NCBI GenBank assembly: GCA_937625935.1
Contig: OW569345.1
Span: 372,001-436,000 of the forward strand
Reading direction: 5' to 3'
Length of the DNA stretch: 64,000 bases
Origin: Tetramitus jugosus
Lineage: Eukaryota; Protista; Heterolobosea
The notes beneath the pieces were generated by a model that saw only the letters and a program-made list of their open reading frames with translations, was not told where the DNA came from and searched no databases. Numbering within the stretch: position 1 is the first letter of the stretch; each line of letters begins with the position of its first letter. Below, in pieces: positions 49,201-59,243 of this stretch. The translations under genes and the position numbers were made by a program.

Positions 49201-50475
49201 CTCCCTCGTCCTGACGGTGATGCGTTCTCATTCCAACTTACTGGAGAAGCAATAGAACCTCTCCCTGTTGATAATATCAGTCGAGAGTTGTTCGCAAAGG
49301 AACAACATCAAGAGAATTTGTTAATCGAGAATTGGTTAGGAAGGGCTCAACGTTTCAGAGTTATGCCTGAGATCACTGTGAATCAACCCAACTATCTTAA
49401 GGCTGTTGAATATATTGATGTACCTCCCCTATCGAAGAGAGAGTACAAATTCTCCTTTTATGCCTATAAGGAGGCTTCCTTCAGCGGAAAAGTCGTGTTC
49501 AGAAACGAGCAAACAAAAGAATTTCTGTTCTATAACATATCTTATAGGATTAACCCTCCTCGGGTCATTCAGACTCTAACATTCGAGTCAATCATTCGAC
49601 AGAAAAGTTGTCAAAGTATAACAATTGAGAATCCTCTGCCCACAGACACAACTCTATCCATCAAATGCGATAGTAGAGATATTGTTGTTCCATCAGATTT
49701 AGTGATACCTGCAACTTCAGTGGCAAAACTTGATGTTTGCTATTTCCCTCTAATGATTGATCCGAGTGGTACAAACTCTAGGACACATGAAGAGAAAGAA
49801 CTCGTTCTCTTCAATTCTGAATTGGGCTCCTTCCCCTATCTACTCAAGTTGAAAGCAGTACCAGCGGGACCAGAGAAAAATATCCACTTTTCAGTTGGTT
49901 TAGGCACTAGTATGACACAAACCGTTCGGTTTACAAACTATTGTGGTGTTGCTACAGAATATATTTGTAAACTTGAGACGACAAATTTTGTGTTGTCTGA
50001 CTCGAAACCAATCAAAACTCATCCCTCAGGTCCGAATGGAAAAGAAGAATCAATCGTTATCACATTTGAGCCAAACCAACTGGGAGATACAAGTGACAAA
50101 CTGATAGTCAGTAGCAAACAAGGTGGAGAATATACATTCCATTTATTTGGTCATTGTTTGCCTCCGAAACCCCAAGGTCCCCTCGATGTCCTCCCGAATG
50201 CCCCAGCTAGTATCTCATTCAAAAATGTATTCGGAAAGAAGATGGATTACAAATTTTCAGTTGACAATGATATGTTTATCGTCAAACCTGAAAGTGTGTC
50301 TATGACGCCCAAGCAAAAGATTCAAGTGCTCGTGTCTCTAAAGATTGGTGGGAAGACCCAGCAAGTGTCTACCTCCACTCAGCGGATATATGGCAAACTC
50401 ACGGCGAGTATCAAGGACAAATCAGTGCTCCTAAACAGTCCGCAATGGGTTTATTATCTATTAGGGAATAAATAA
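37218..50475 (+). CDS. HYDIN: HYDIN, axonemal central-pair protein (~4300 aa), 5 exons
   Basis: Exons 37218-37358, 37423-37513, 37570-37692, 37757-38550, 38620-50475. Many ASH/PapD-like repeats (DFG...N...F...P..G), a central adenylate-kinase-like domain (~42430-42780) and a C-terminal WVYYLLG. Confidence 0.93.
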
Positions 50476-50489
50476 GTTTCTTTCTATGC

Positions 50490-52475
50490 TCACACAATTA
50501 TCCTGAAAAAAGCAAATACGCCAAGTGTCAAAATAGCAGCACCAGGAATGGTTATTAACCAACTGGCAATAATACCTGCAATCAATCGCCACTTTAAATT
50601 CCGATAATCATCAACAATGCCTATTCCATAAATACATCCCACAACGATGTGAGTTGTACTGAGTGGCAAACCAAGCAAGCTCGCAGATAGGGTGATTGTT
50701 GCAGTGCTGAGTTGACTCACGAATGCTCGAGCAGGAGTCAACTTTGTAATTTTAGTACCAATAGTTTGCATGACTTTGTGACCCAGAGTAGCTAAACCAA
50801 ACACCAAACCAACAGCTGTAACCAGAGTGATCCACACCTTAGTATTGGCATTCTCATCAGGAAACTTACCTGTTGAATACGTATAATAAATAGCAGTCAA
50901 GGGTCCAGAAGCGTTTGAAATATCATTCGCTCCATGAGCCACAGCAATACAAGCACTTGTCATGACAACCAAGAATTGGAATACATATTTTTCAGCCACA
51001 TCCATTCTTGTTAGCTTCTCCTCTTGTTCCTCTTGTTGCTGTTGTTCAGAGTCCATGTGTTCCTTACCAGTTTCACCCTTCTGCTCAACTGTATCGACAC
51101 TCTCTTCTTGGTCAAGATCAACCACAACATTGTCATCATCCTGTTTGTTCGATGGTGATGCTGGAGATGCGACGACATTGCTACTACTAATGACATAGGA
51201 TGGTACTTGATCATTGGAAGAATCATCTGCCAGCGTTGGATGAATCTCAATCTCATGATGATTCCTCTTGGTGCTTTCATTCTCATTATCATGATCGTAC
51301 AATTGAAATTGGTTCATTTCTTGAGATGTTGCTTCAGCTGCTGCTACTAATTCTGCAGAGGACGATGAGAAGGACGATGATACTTGATAATCATTCAATT
51401 GCTTCTTGACTCGCGGTACAAGAACAAAGTGAATCACAGCTCCAAACATTGCCGAGAGAGCAACACTGATGGGCAGTGCGATATAGAATGGCACTTGTAG
51501 ATTGAATGGTGTCAATCCCTTGTACACAATAAACAACAACAATACTCCAACAGTGGCAAATGAGAAGAGTGGCAACAGGAATACCATGCGAGCAATGGCA
51601 CGATCCTCCTTTGCTTCCTCTTGCAGTTGTGTCATTTGATTCATTTGATCACCACCGTTGGTCTCAACATCAACATCGACATCATTATCAATCTCACCAC
51701 CACCACCACCACCAGTAGTAGTAGTAGTCGCAGTAGCAGTATTTGTCATCAACATGACAAATCTCTTGACACAATACCACAGAATCATACTCGTGATTCC
51801 TCCAATCAGAGGAGACGTGACCCATGTAATTACAATGTTCAACAAACTCCTCCAATCGACAGACTTCCAACCAGACATGAACACACCGACACCGACCACG
51901 GATCCAATGACACTGTGAGTCGTACTGACTGGCAGTGACAATAGAGTTGCAATGCACAACCATCCACCAGATCCAATCAACACGGACACCATGGATGACA
52001 AGAAGAGAGAAATGGAGGCACTACCACCACCACCACCACTGGAAGGATCATTGGGAATGTGAATGAGCTTGTTACTGACAGTGTTACTGACGAATCCACC
52101 GAGCAACACGGAACCAATCAATTCAAACACAGCTGCCAACAATAGTACCTTGTACAATTTCATGGACTTGCTGCCAATCAGAGGTCCCATGGCTAGAGAT
52201 GAGAGATGATGATCAATGAATGATAGACAGTCAAATTTATATACAAATATATATATATATATACATATAGAGATACGACATATATAAGTATGACATATTG
52301 AAAGAGAACAATGATTTGACAAACAACAGTTAGAAAGAGATGGATAGATGGGTGATATGTGGCAATGAATCAAATCGTTGCACATACCATTGGCAATATC
52401 GTTGGCTCCAATGAAAATGGCCATGAACACTGCAGCACCAATACCAAATGCAAACAAAATATCATTCTCTTTCAT
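50490..52475 (-). CDS. Inorganic phosphate transporter, PiT/SLC20/Pho89 family, 2 exons
   Basis: Exons 52475-52388 and 52192-50490 rebuild GANDIANAMG. Also LPVSTTHS, second repeat HGANDISNASGP, and LPLSTTH. Confidence 0.93.
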   Translation of the reverse strand: MKENDILFAFGIGAAVFMAIFIGANDIANGMCNDLIHCHISPIYPSLSNCCLSNHCSLSICHTYICRISICIYIYIFVYKFDCLSFIDHHLSSLAMGPLIGSKSMKLYKVLLLAAVFELIGSVLLGGFVSNTVSNKLIHIPNDPSSGGGGGSASISLFLSSMVSVLIGSGGWLCIATLLSLPVSTTHSVIGSVVGVGVFMSGWKSVDWRSLLNIVITWVTSPLIGGITSMILWYCVKRFVMLMTNTATATTTTTGGGGGGEIDNDVDVDVETNGGDQMNQMTQLQEEAKEDRAIARMVFLLPLFSFATVGVLLLFIVYKGLTPFNLQVPFYIALPISVALSAMFGAVIHFVLVPRVKKQLNDYQVSSSFSSSSAELVAAAEATSQEMNQFQLYDHDNENESTKRNHHEIEIHPTLADDSSNDQVPSYVISSSNVVASPASPSNKQDDDNVVVDLDQEESVDTVEQKGETGKEHMDSEQQQQEEQEEKLTRMDVAEKYVFQFLVVMTSACIAVAHGANDISNASGPLTAIYYTYSTGKFPDENANTKVWITLVTAVGLVFGLATLGHKVMQTIGTKITKLTPARAFVSQLSTATITLSASLLGLPLSTTHIVVGCIYGIGIVDDYRNLKWRLIAGIIASWLITIPGAAILTLGVFAFFRIIV

Positions 52476-52829
52476 TTTATTTATTCTGTCCGATTCGAAT
52501 TATGTATGTTGTTTTTCTTTTTTTTTCAAAAATGATGATTATACTCCTGTGGGTTGGATGGTGATGATCTGTCGTACTTGTGTGTTGTTGTTGGTGACCC
52601 CGATTCTTCCTCGCACAATTCTCTCTCGACGAAGCTTAAAATAAACAATCGAACCGGATCACGCAAAACACAAATTCCTTTCGCTATTTGATTTTGGAAT
52701 CATCAAACCAGACAACAACAACAACCAAGAAGAAGAAGACACGTGCAACAACACCCCACACTCTTTATTGTCCTCCTTCAACGATACAACAACAAATACA
52801 ACAACACAAATACAACAACATAAAACAAC

Positions 52830-53690
52830 ATGGGATGTGATGGAGGTTCAATTGTCAGTCGCAGAGACATTATTGTCAAGACGAAGAAACAATCAACAAC
52901 AACAGCAACAACAACCAATAACAACAATGCAGATGATCAATCCAATATGGAACAATTGTGGAATACTTGTGCATACAGTGGTGAACCATTGAAAGAACCG
53001 ATTGTCTGTTGCAGGGCAGGTCAACTGTACAACAAGGAATCCATTCTGGAATTGTTGATTCAAAAAAAGATGAATCAATCACTAAAGTCAAGCACATTGA
53101 CTCACCTGACACGACTCAAGCACATTTTCCCCATTCATTTCACCTATCAATCGACTACTACTCCAACCAATACAAAAGACAGTACTAATAACAACGACAA
53201 GAATGACCAACAACAACAACAAAAAATCAAAATATGTGCCGTCACTCGCAAAGAAATGACATCAAGTGGTAAATTCTATGCCATTGTCAAGTGTGGTCAC
53301 GTGTTTCATGAATCAGTCTTTCAACCATCACAACAGCAGCAGCAGCCATCATCGATCAAGAAGAAGCATACAAAAGACAATGATAGTAGTTGTAGCAGTA
53401 GTAGCAGTAGTAGTAGTGATGATTATTGCATGACATGTTCACAAGTGTTTGATAGGGAACAGGATTTGATATGGCTCAATCCACCATTTCACATGATCCA
53501 ACAAGCAATACAAAAGTACAGTACTGTCACAAACGACAAGCACAAGAATGTCAATAGGAACGACAAGCACAAGAACAAGAAACGGACAGAATCAAGTCAC
53601 AACAACAACAACAAGAGAAGACATGAATATGATGATGCAGTGGAACCATCACTCAAGAAATCAAAATTGCTCGACATTCTACACACATAA
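52830..53690 (+). CDS. RTF2: Replication termination factor 2
   Basis: MGCDGGSI start, WNTCAYSGEPLKEPIV, GQLYNKESILELL, ICAVT...CGHVF...CMTC (Rtf2 RING-like). Confidence 0.92.
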   Translation: MGCDGGSIVSRRDIIVKTKKQSTTTATTTNNNNADDQSNMEQLWNTCAYSGEPLKEPIVCCRAGQLYNKESILELLIQKKMNQSLKSSTLTHLTRLKHIFPIHFTYQSTTTPTNTKDSTNNNDKNDQQQQQKIKICAVTRKEMTSSGKFYAIVKCGHVFHESVFQPSQQQQQPSSIKKKHTKDNDSSCSSSSSSSSDDYCMTCSQVFDREQDLIWLNPPFHMIQQAIQKYSTVTNDKHKNVNRNDKHKNKKRTESSHNNNNKRRHEYDDAVEPSLKKSKLLDILHT

Positions 53691-53805
53691 CAAGTCAAAA
53701 ACAACACACACACACATACAATACACAATACAATGGATGACACTCTCATTCCATCATTATCAAATTACTGAAAAAACAAAAACACCTTATTTTTTTTATG
53801 TTGTT

Positions 53806-54267
53806 TTAAATCATTCTGACTTCCTTCATGTTCAACTGATGTTCCATGGTCAAGTGCAAGTCTAATGGTACAGATTCATTGTATTGAGTGCTGTTCATGA
53901 CAAATGGATTGTCTTGCAACCAATCTTCAAATTCAATGGATTCATCCTTGTCATTCAACAGATCCATTGCGAGGGAACTCGATGGAAGACCAGGCAATCT
54001 CAATGGTTGTTGCACGAGCATCTTCTCCATTTCGAAATGAACAGGCATGCTCTGACCATAGACATGACTCATTGTAAAGTACTTGCGCTTCATTTCAAAT
54101 TGATCAAATTTGTTGAGAGATTGATGAAGTGGATGTTGAGCATTGGTATTACTGTTATTGTTATTGTTGTTGTTGTGGAGAGCAGGGTTTCTACTGGCAT
54201 TCACACCATATTTGATTTGATCACCGGGCATTGCCAGTGGGATCATATTATTGTTGTTGGATTCCAT
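53806..54267 (-). CDS. UMP1: Proteasome maturation factor UMP1/POMP
   Basis: HPL, VYGQSMPVHFEME, RLPGLPSSSLAMDLL, DESIEFED, LHLTMEHQL. First plausible ATG at 54267. Confidence 0.88.
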   Translation of the reverse strand: MESNNNNMIPLAMPGDQIKYGVNASRNPALHNNNNNNNSNTNAQHPLHQSLNKFDQFEMKRKYFTMSHVYGQSMPVHFEMEKMLVQQPLRLPGLPSSSLAMDLLNDKDESIEFEDWLQDNPFVMNSTQYNESVPLDLHLTMEHQLNMKEVRMI

Positions 54268-54502
54268 ATTGCTTTTGTTGTTTGTTTGTGGATATGTACA
54301 CGGACGGGTCGTCTTTTTTTGAGTTGTTTTCTTGAGTGGTGGTGTACCCTGTTTCTCTTTGGCCCCAATAATCAATCTATTCTTGGCAAGCATTTACCTG
54401 CCACTTACAACAGAGAACCTTCAATGAGATCTCACAAGCGGGGAAATAGAGAACAAAGAAAAACCAACATCACATTGAACAAGCACGCACACAGACATCA
54501 TC

Positions 54503-57055
54503 ATGGATCTGTCTCAATTACCATCCAATCTCAAGTTGAAGTTGTTGTCTCTGTTGAGTGAACAATCATCATCTACTCCCTCTCCATCATCATCATCAAC
54601 AACTCATGACAAGAATCCATTCAAGAATGAATACAATGCAACACCTGATGAGATCAAGTATGCCAATGATATCATGTCTGCTCTAAAGGAGAATGGTATA
54701 TTCATTCAAGATGATTTCGTTGCAGATCACCATACGATTGATGCATCGTTTCATGAGATTCAATCACTTGTCAGAGAAGGTCAATTGAAGAAGGCAAAAG
54801 TTCACACATCATCATCATCCACTACTACTACTACTACTACTACTACTAATACAACGACTCCATTTGATCAACAACAGCAACAAAAGGCCATTGTATCTGC
54901 AGAACACAGAGGCGACTATCACATGTGGATCAACAATAATGCTCTCAACCTACAATCATCATCATCATCACCACCACCATTATTCCCCAATGAAAATCAT
55001 CAAACATTTCAAATTGTCAAACAATTGACTCATTTGAGACACGTGTTGAACAGTGTGTATGGATTTGAGTTGAATGAAGACAGCATTCAATTGAGCATGT
55101 ACCCAGGCAATGGATCTCAATTTGTCAAACACTCTGATACCAGTTATCACTACTCTTCCAACAGTCAGCAGAATCAGCACATGAATCATCAAATGAGAAG
55201 AATCACATGTCTCTTTTATTACAATCATTCATGCATTGGAGGTCAACTACAATTCTATCCCAATGAATTCAACAGAGAACATGGTCTCTCTCAACTCTAT
55301 CACCATCATCATCATCACCGTCATCACAACAACAACAACAACAACAATAATAATAATCATACGAGTGCAACAGAAACGAGTAGAGGTATTATTGAACCAC
55401 TGTACAATCGAATGGTCCTATTTCCAAGTGAAAACTATCATCAAGTATTACCATGTTTCTCTGATCGATATGCTCTCACGTGTTGGTTCTATGGCAACAA
55501 GGACCTCTATCCTCTCTTTTTATCATCATTATCACAACAACAACAACAACAACAACAGTCACCATCATCATCCATTATTAGTAAGACAGAAACAGCAATA
55601 ACAACAGAGAGTGATGCTGGTGATGCTGATGAATCCATGAACGTAATACATGTGAGTATTTGTTCATACAGAGACACTGAATTGAAGAATACCATTGTTG
55701 ATTTGTATGAGAAGAGTCAGTATCCACATCGCATACGAGTCTATGCATGCATTCAATTGTCTCTCATGGAGAAGAAGAAGAATCAGCAACAACAACAACA
55801 ATCGAGTGAGAATAGTGAAACAATCACGATGATGATTCATGCAAGTGATCATCCCACTCTCCAAAAGTACAGCCACTTGATCACAGTGAGCATGTTGGAT
55901 GAATCATGTGCCAAAGGTCCATGCTACGCTCGTCATCTCATTCAAAATCAAATGATAATGATGACGATTCCCTCTCATTCATCCAGCAATCATAATCATC
56001 AATATAACATGAATGATGATGATGATGATGGCGCGTATTACTTGCAGATTGATTCTCACATGAGATTTGTGAATCATTGGGACACTCTTATGATTCAACA
56101 ATTGAACATGGCTGAACAACAAGAACTACAACAACAACAACAACAACTACCGGTATCAACAAGCAGTTGTACAACAGAAGCAGAGACAAGAGCAACAGCA
56201 ATAGCCAATCATCAGAAGAGGAGGAAAGCAAGAGTAGTGTTGAGTACGTATCCACTGGGATACACTCTACCAAACAATGTTCCATCTGCTAATGAATCAT
56301 TCCCTACGATTCTCATTGCAAAGCACTTTCAATCTACATGCACACCAAATACAAATACCAATACAACAACAGCGGCAGCAGCAGCAGATCATACCATGAA
56401 TAGCAATGTTCATGAGTATTGCATGCTTCGATTAGCGAGTCGATGCATCGTTCGTCACCAGCATCATCCTGACACTTGTACTACTACTACTGCTACTACT
56501 ACTGCTATGGCTCCTCCTCCCATAAAGAGTTTGTTCTGGGCTGCTGGTTTCAGTTTCTCTCGATTATCACTGATTCGACATGCTCCCTACACCAACAATG
56601 ACCTACAATACATTTTCTTTGGTGAAGAAATGATCATGCTCAAGAGAATGGTTGAACAGGGCTATGTCATGTACGCACCCGGTCAATGCCTCATTTATCA
56701 CTTGTGGAGCAGAGAGCACAGACCCAATTTCAGACAACAACAATTGTTGGAGGAGGAGGAGGAGAGCAATACAACAACAAATACAATATCACCGCCATCA
56801 TCAGCAACAGGTTTCAATATCATTGAATTGAGTGAAGAGTTTAAGACTGTGGATGATTCTGACACAATACGCCAAAAGAGAGCACAGAACGAGGACAGGA
56901 TCATGCGAGAACTGGGAATCACAAACAATAGGTCAGAGCCTTTAACTGACTCCCAGCTTGCATTTATGCGTTATTGTGATATCGATTTTGTCAAGAGAAC
57001 AATTGGCAGCAGGGCAAGCACAGGTGACTATCCGTATCCTGATCACTTGGTTTGA
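54503..57055 (+). CDS. Fusion of EGLN/PHD-type prolyl 4-hydroxylase (PhyA-like) and GT60 hydroxyproline alpha-GlcNAc transferase (Gnt1-like)
   Basis: P4H domain (~54900-55490): RGDYHMWI, YPGNGSQFVKHSD, RRITCLFYYN, GGQL, IEPLYNRMVLF..H.V....RYALTCW. GT60 domain (~55640-57050): VSICSYRD, KGPCYAR, LQIDSHMRF, STYP, FWAAGFSF, FFGEE, YHLWSR. One continuous ORF, no signal peptide. Confidence 0.9.
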   Translation: MDLSQLPSNLKLKLLSLLSEQSSSTPSPSSSSTTHDKNPFKNEYNATPDEIKYANDIMSALKENGIFIQDDFVADHHTIDASFHEIQSLVREGQLKKAKVHTSSSSTTTTTTTTTNTTTPFDQQQQQKAIVSAEHRGDYHMWINNNALNLQSSSSSPPPLFPNENHQTFQIVKQLTHLRHVLNSVYGFELNEDSIQLSMYPGNGSQFVKHSDTSYHYSSNSQQNQHMNHQMRRITCLFYYNHSCIGGQLQFYPNEFNREHGLSQLYHHHHHHRHHNNNNNNNNNNHTSATETSRGIIEPLYNRMVLFPSENYHQVLPCFSDRYALTCWFYGNKDLYPLFLSSLSQQQQQQQQSPSSSIISKTETAITTESDAGDADESMNVIHVSICSYRDTELKNTIVDLYEKSQYPHRIRVYACIQLSLMEKKKNQQQQQQSSENSETITMMIHASDHPTLQKYSHLITVSMLDESCAKGPCYARHLIQNQMIMMTIPSHSSSNHNHQYNMNDDDDDGAYYLQIDSHMRFVNHWDTLMIQQLNMAEQQELQQQQQQLPVSTSSCTTEAETRATAIANHQKRRKARVVLSTYPLGYTLPNNVPSANESFPTILIAKHFQSTCTPNTNTNTTTAAAAADHTMNSNVHEYCMLRLASRCIVRHQHHPDTCTTTTATTTAMAPPPIKSLFWAAGFSFSRLSLIRHAPYTNNDLQYIFFGEEMIMLKRMVEQGYVMYAPGQCLIYHLWSREHRPNFRQQQLLEEEEESNTTTNTISPPSSATGFNIIELSEEFKTVDDSDTIRQKRAQNEDRIMRELGITNNRSEPLTDSQLAFMRYCDIDFVKRTIGSRASTGDYPYPDHLV

Positions 57056-57584
57056 ATAATAAACTGCAAGAACACACGTGTTTATCAAACAAACAATTAA
57101 CCAAAACAAAAGTGTCCTGACCACCAACTACACCGCTTGGAGTGAGTTAGTTGCAAGAAAGAATTGTGTTTGCATTTTAGAGTGTTATTAAATGAAGTTC
57201 AGGGTTAGATCCACGGCATGTTCTTGTCTCCATCATCCTCAACTTGGAATCAAACTTCCTTTTGAAGCTATCGGGGAAGAATTGAGGCTCCATCACAATC
57301 CTTGGTCTGTTCTTGAAATGATGATTCTGGCCATTTTAGGCCTCGTTTGAATAATTTGAACTAGTGCGATCGTGATGTGTTTTCCTACCTGTCAAAAACA
57401 CATCACAATAGTGCCCCGTATGCAGCATCAAGAGCACCAAAGGATCCCCATCAACAGAGCTTCCTTCTCATGGATAGCCAAAGCAACAACAACCTGCGAC
57501 ACACAGCAAACAAACAACAAAAACACAAGCAACATTATTACTAACAACCTTGTGAAATAATAATAACAATACTTCAATAATAGA

Positions 57585-59243
57585 ATGCAGTCCAAGATTG
57601 AGCACTTTCTACAGAATCGAAAGGAATATGATTTTCAGTTCGAATTGGTCATGAAGGAACAAGAGTCACGTCAGCTCTTCCGAGACTACTTGGAACAAGT
57701 GGAGAGAAACCATGAGTCCATACTGCTCTTGGATGCCATCTCCCATTTCCGCTCCAAGATCAACACTGTGCACTCTGGTCACACGAGTGTAGACACCATT
57801 TGCAATGAATTTGAAAGGTTGGTGCGTGAGATGATGCAAGAGTACTTTGACGAGTGTTCCATCAAGCAGGTCAACATTGGTTATGATGTGCTAAAGACAC
57901 TGCAGGACAAGATTGCACGCATCCTCAAATACTCTCGCAAATGTTCTACAAAGACACTGTCCATGCAACAAAAGCAGTACCATGTCTTCTCTGATATTGA
58001 AGTGATGATGAACTGCATGTTAAAGATGGATCCGTTCCCAAGGTTTATGAGAAGCAAGCAATGGAATCAATTTTTGAACCAGTGTTGCAGCAGAACAGGA
58101 GGTGGAGGAATGGGAGGTGGAGGAGACTACACGGGTCGATTCAGCATCATTGAAAGAATCAGTGTGCACCATGATCAGCGTTTTGCGAGTTACACACTGG
58201 ATGATATCAAGAGACCTACCGTCTGTGACGAAGATTTTCACTTTGTTAAACTGGTGAGTTCTGATCAGTCGCATTGGATACAGATACCCAATCCGTACAA
58301 TAAGAAACTGGAGCATCCCAATCAGAGAATCGAAGTCTACCAGTCACAGAAGCAATTCATCTTTGCAAATGAGGAAAAGAGTAGTAGTAGCAGTAGTAGC
58401 CATAGTAACGGCAACAGTGGTAATAGTAGTAGTAGGTCACTACATCAACAACAACAACAACAACAAGCATCATTGTCATCAGGCAATAGTTCAGCACCAA
58501 TGACATCCAACGAAAAATACCAAGCCAAGCTCACAAAGAGTCTGATGCGGCTCAAAACACCCATGAAGTTTACCTTTTATCTTCCATTCCATTATGAACA
58601 TGCAGTTGCGGCATTGCAGTCTGAAGAGTTGAGAGAAAATAACAAGGACTTTGCATATCATGTGATTGATCATTCTCACGTGGATCCGGACAGTGGCAAT
58701 CGGTATGCATTCTGTACCGTCTTGCTCGAGATGAGTATGCCAGGCTTCTTCTCCAGACGAGAGGCTTGCTATGTAGTATCGTGTCGCAGAGATCGAATCG
58801 ATGGCAAGGAGGCGTGTCTGCTCATCGTGAGACCCTTCAACGATTTCGAAGTGGGAAAGGCTCGTGAGTCCAACCAGCGATGCCGTCTCATGCAATGTTG
58901 GACGTTTGTCAAGATACACGAGAGACTGACGCGTGTAACCATGGTTTTGTTCATGGAGTTTGGTGGTGCTCTTGCCCCATTCAGTAAGCAGCTGTACGGT
59001 CAACAGATTCGTCTCACCAAAAAGTACAGAGATGACATCGAGCGTGCACTAGAGAAGATGGAAAAGGAGTCATTTCTTCGTCCCAAGAATACACTCAATC
59101 TATTGGAGATGTATGAGGAGAATAATCTCTCGAAAAAGGAGAACGCCTCCATATATTGCCCAGTCACAGTAGTTTCTGAGCCGTCTCTCACACACACGGA
59201 AGATACAGACACCTCCACAGAAACAAGCCAGATCGCCGTGTAG
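57585..59243 (+). CDS. RGS domain + START-like domain protein
   Basis: RGS (~57630-58080): LFRDYL...NHESILL...KQVNIG...DPFPRFMRSKQW. START-like helix-grip fold (~58540-59060): MPGFFSRRE, WTFVKIHERLTRVT, MEFGG. Confidence 0.8.
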   Translation: MQSKIEHFLQNRKEYDFQFELVMKEQESRQLFRDYLEQVERNHESILLLDAISHFRSKINTVHSGHTSVDTICNEFERLVREMMQEYFDECSIKQVNIGYDVLKTLQDKIARILKYSRKCSTKTLSMQQKQYHVFSDIEVMMNCMLKMDPFPRFMRSKQWNQFLNQCCSRTGGGGMGGGGDYTGRFSIIERISVHHDQRFASYTLDDIKRPTVCDEDFHFVKLVSSDQSHWIQIPNPYNKKLEHPNQRIEVYQSQKQFIFANEEKSSSSSSSHSNGNSGNSSSRSLHQQQQQQQASLSSGNSSAPMTSNEKYQAKLTKSLMRLKTPMKFTFYLPFHYEHAVAALQSEELRENNKDFAYHVIDHSHVDPDSGNRYAFCTVLLEMSMPGFFSRREACYVVSCRRDRIDGKEACLLIVRPFNDFEVGKARESNQRCRLMQCWTFVKIHERLTRVTMVLFMEFGGALAPFSKQLYGQQIRLTKKYRDDIERALEKMEKESFLRPKNTLNLLEMYEENNLSKKENASIYCPVTVVSEPSLTHTEDTDTSTETSQIAV

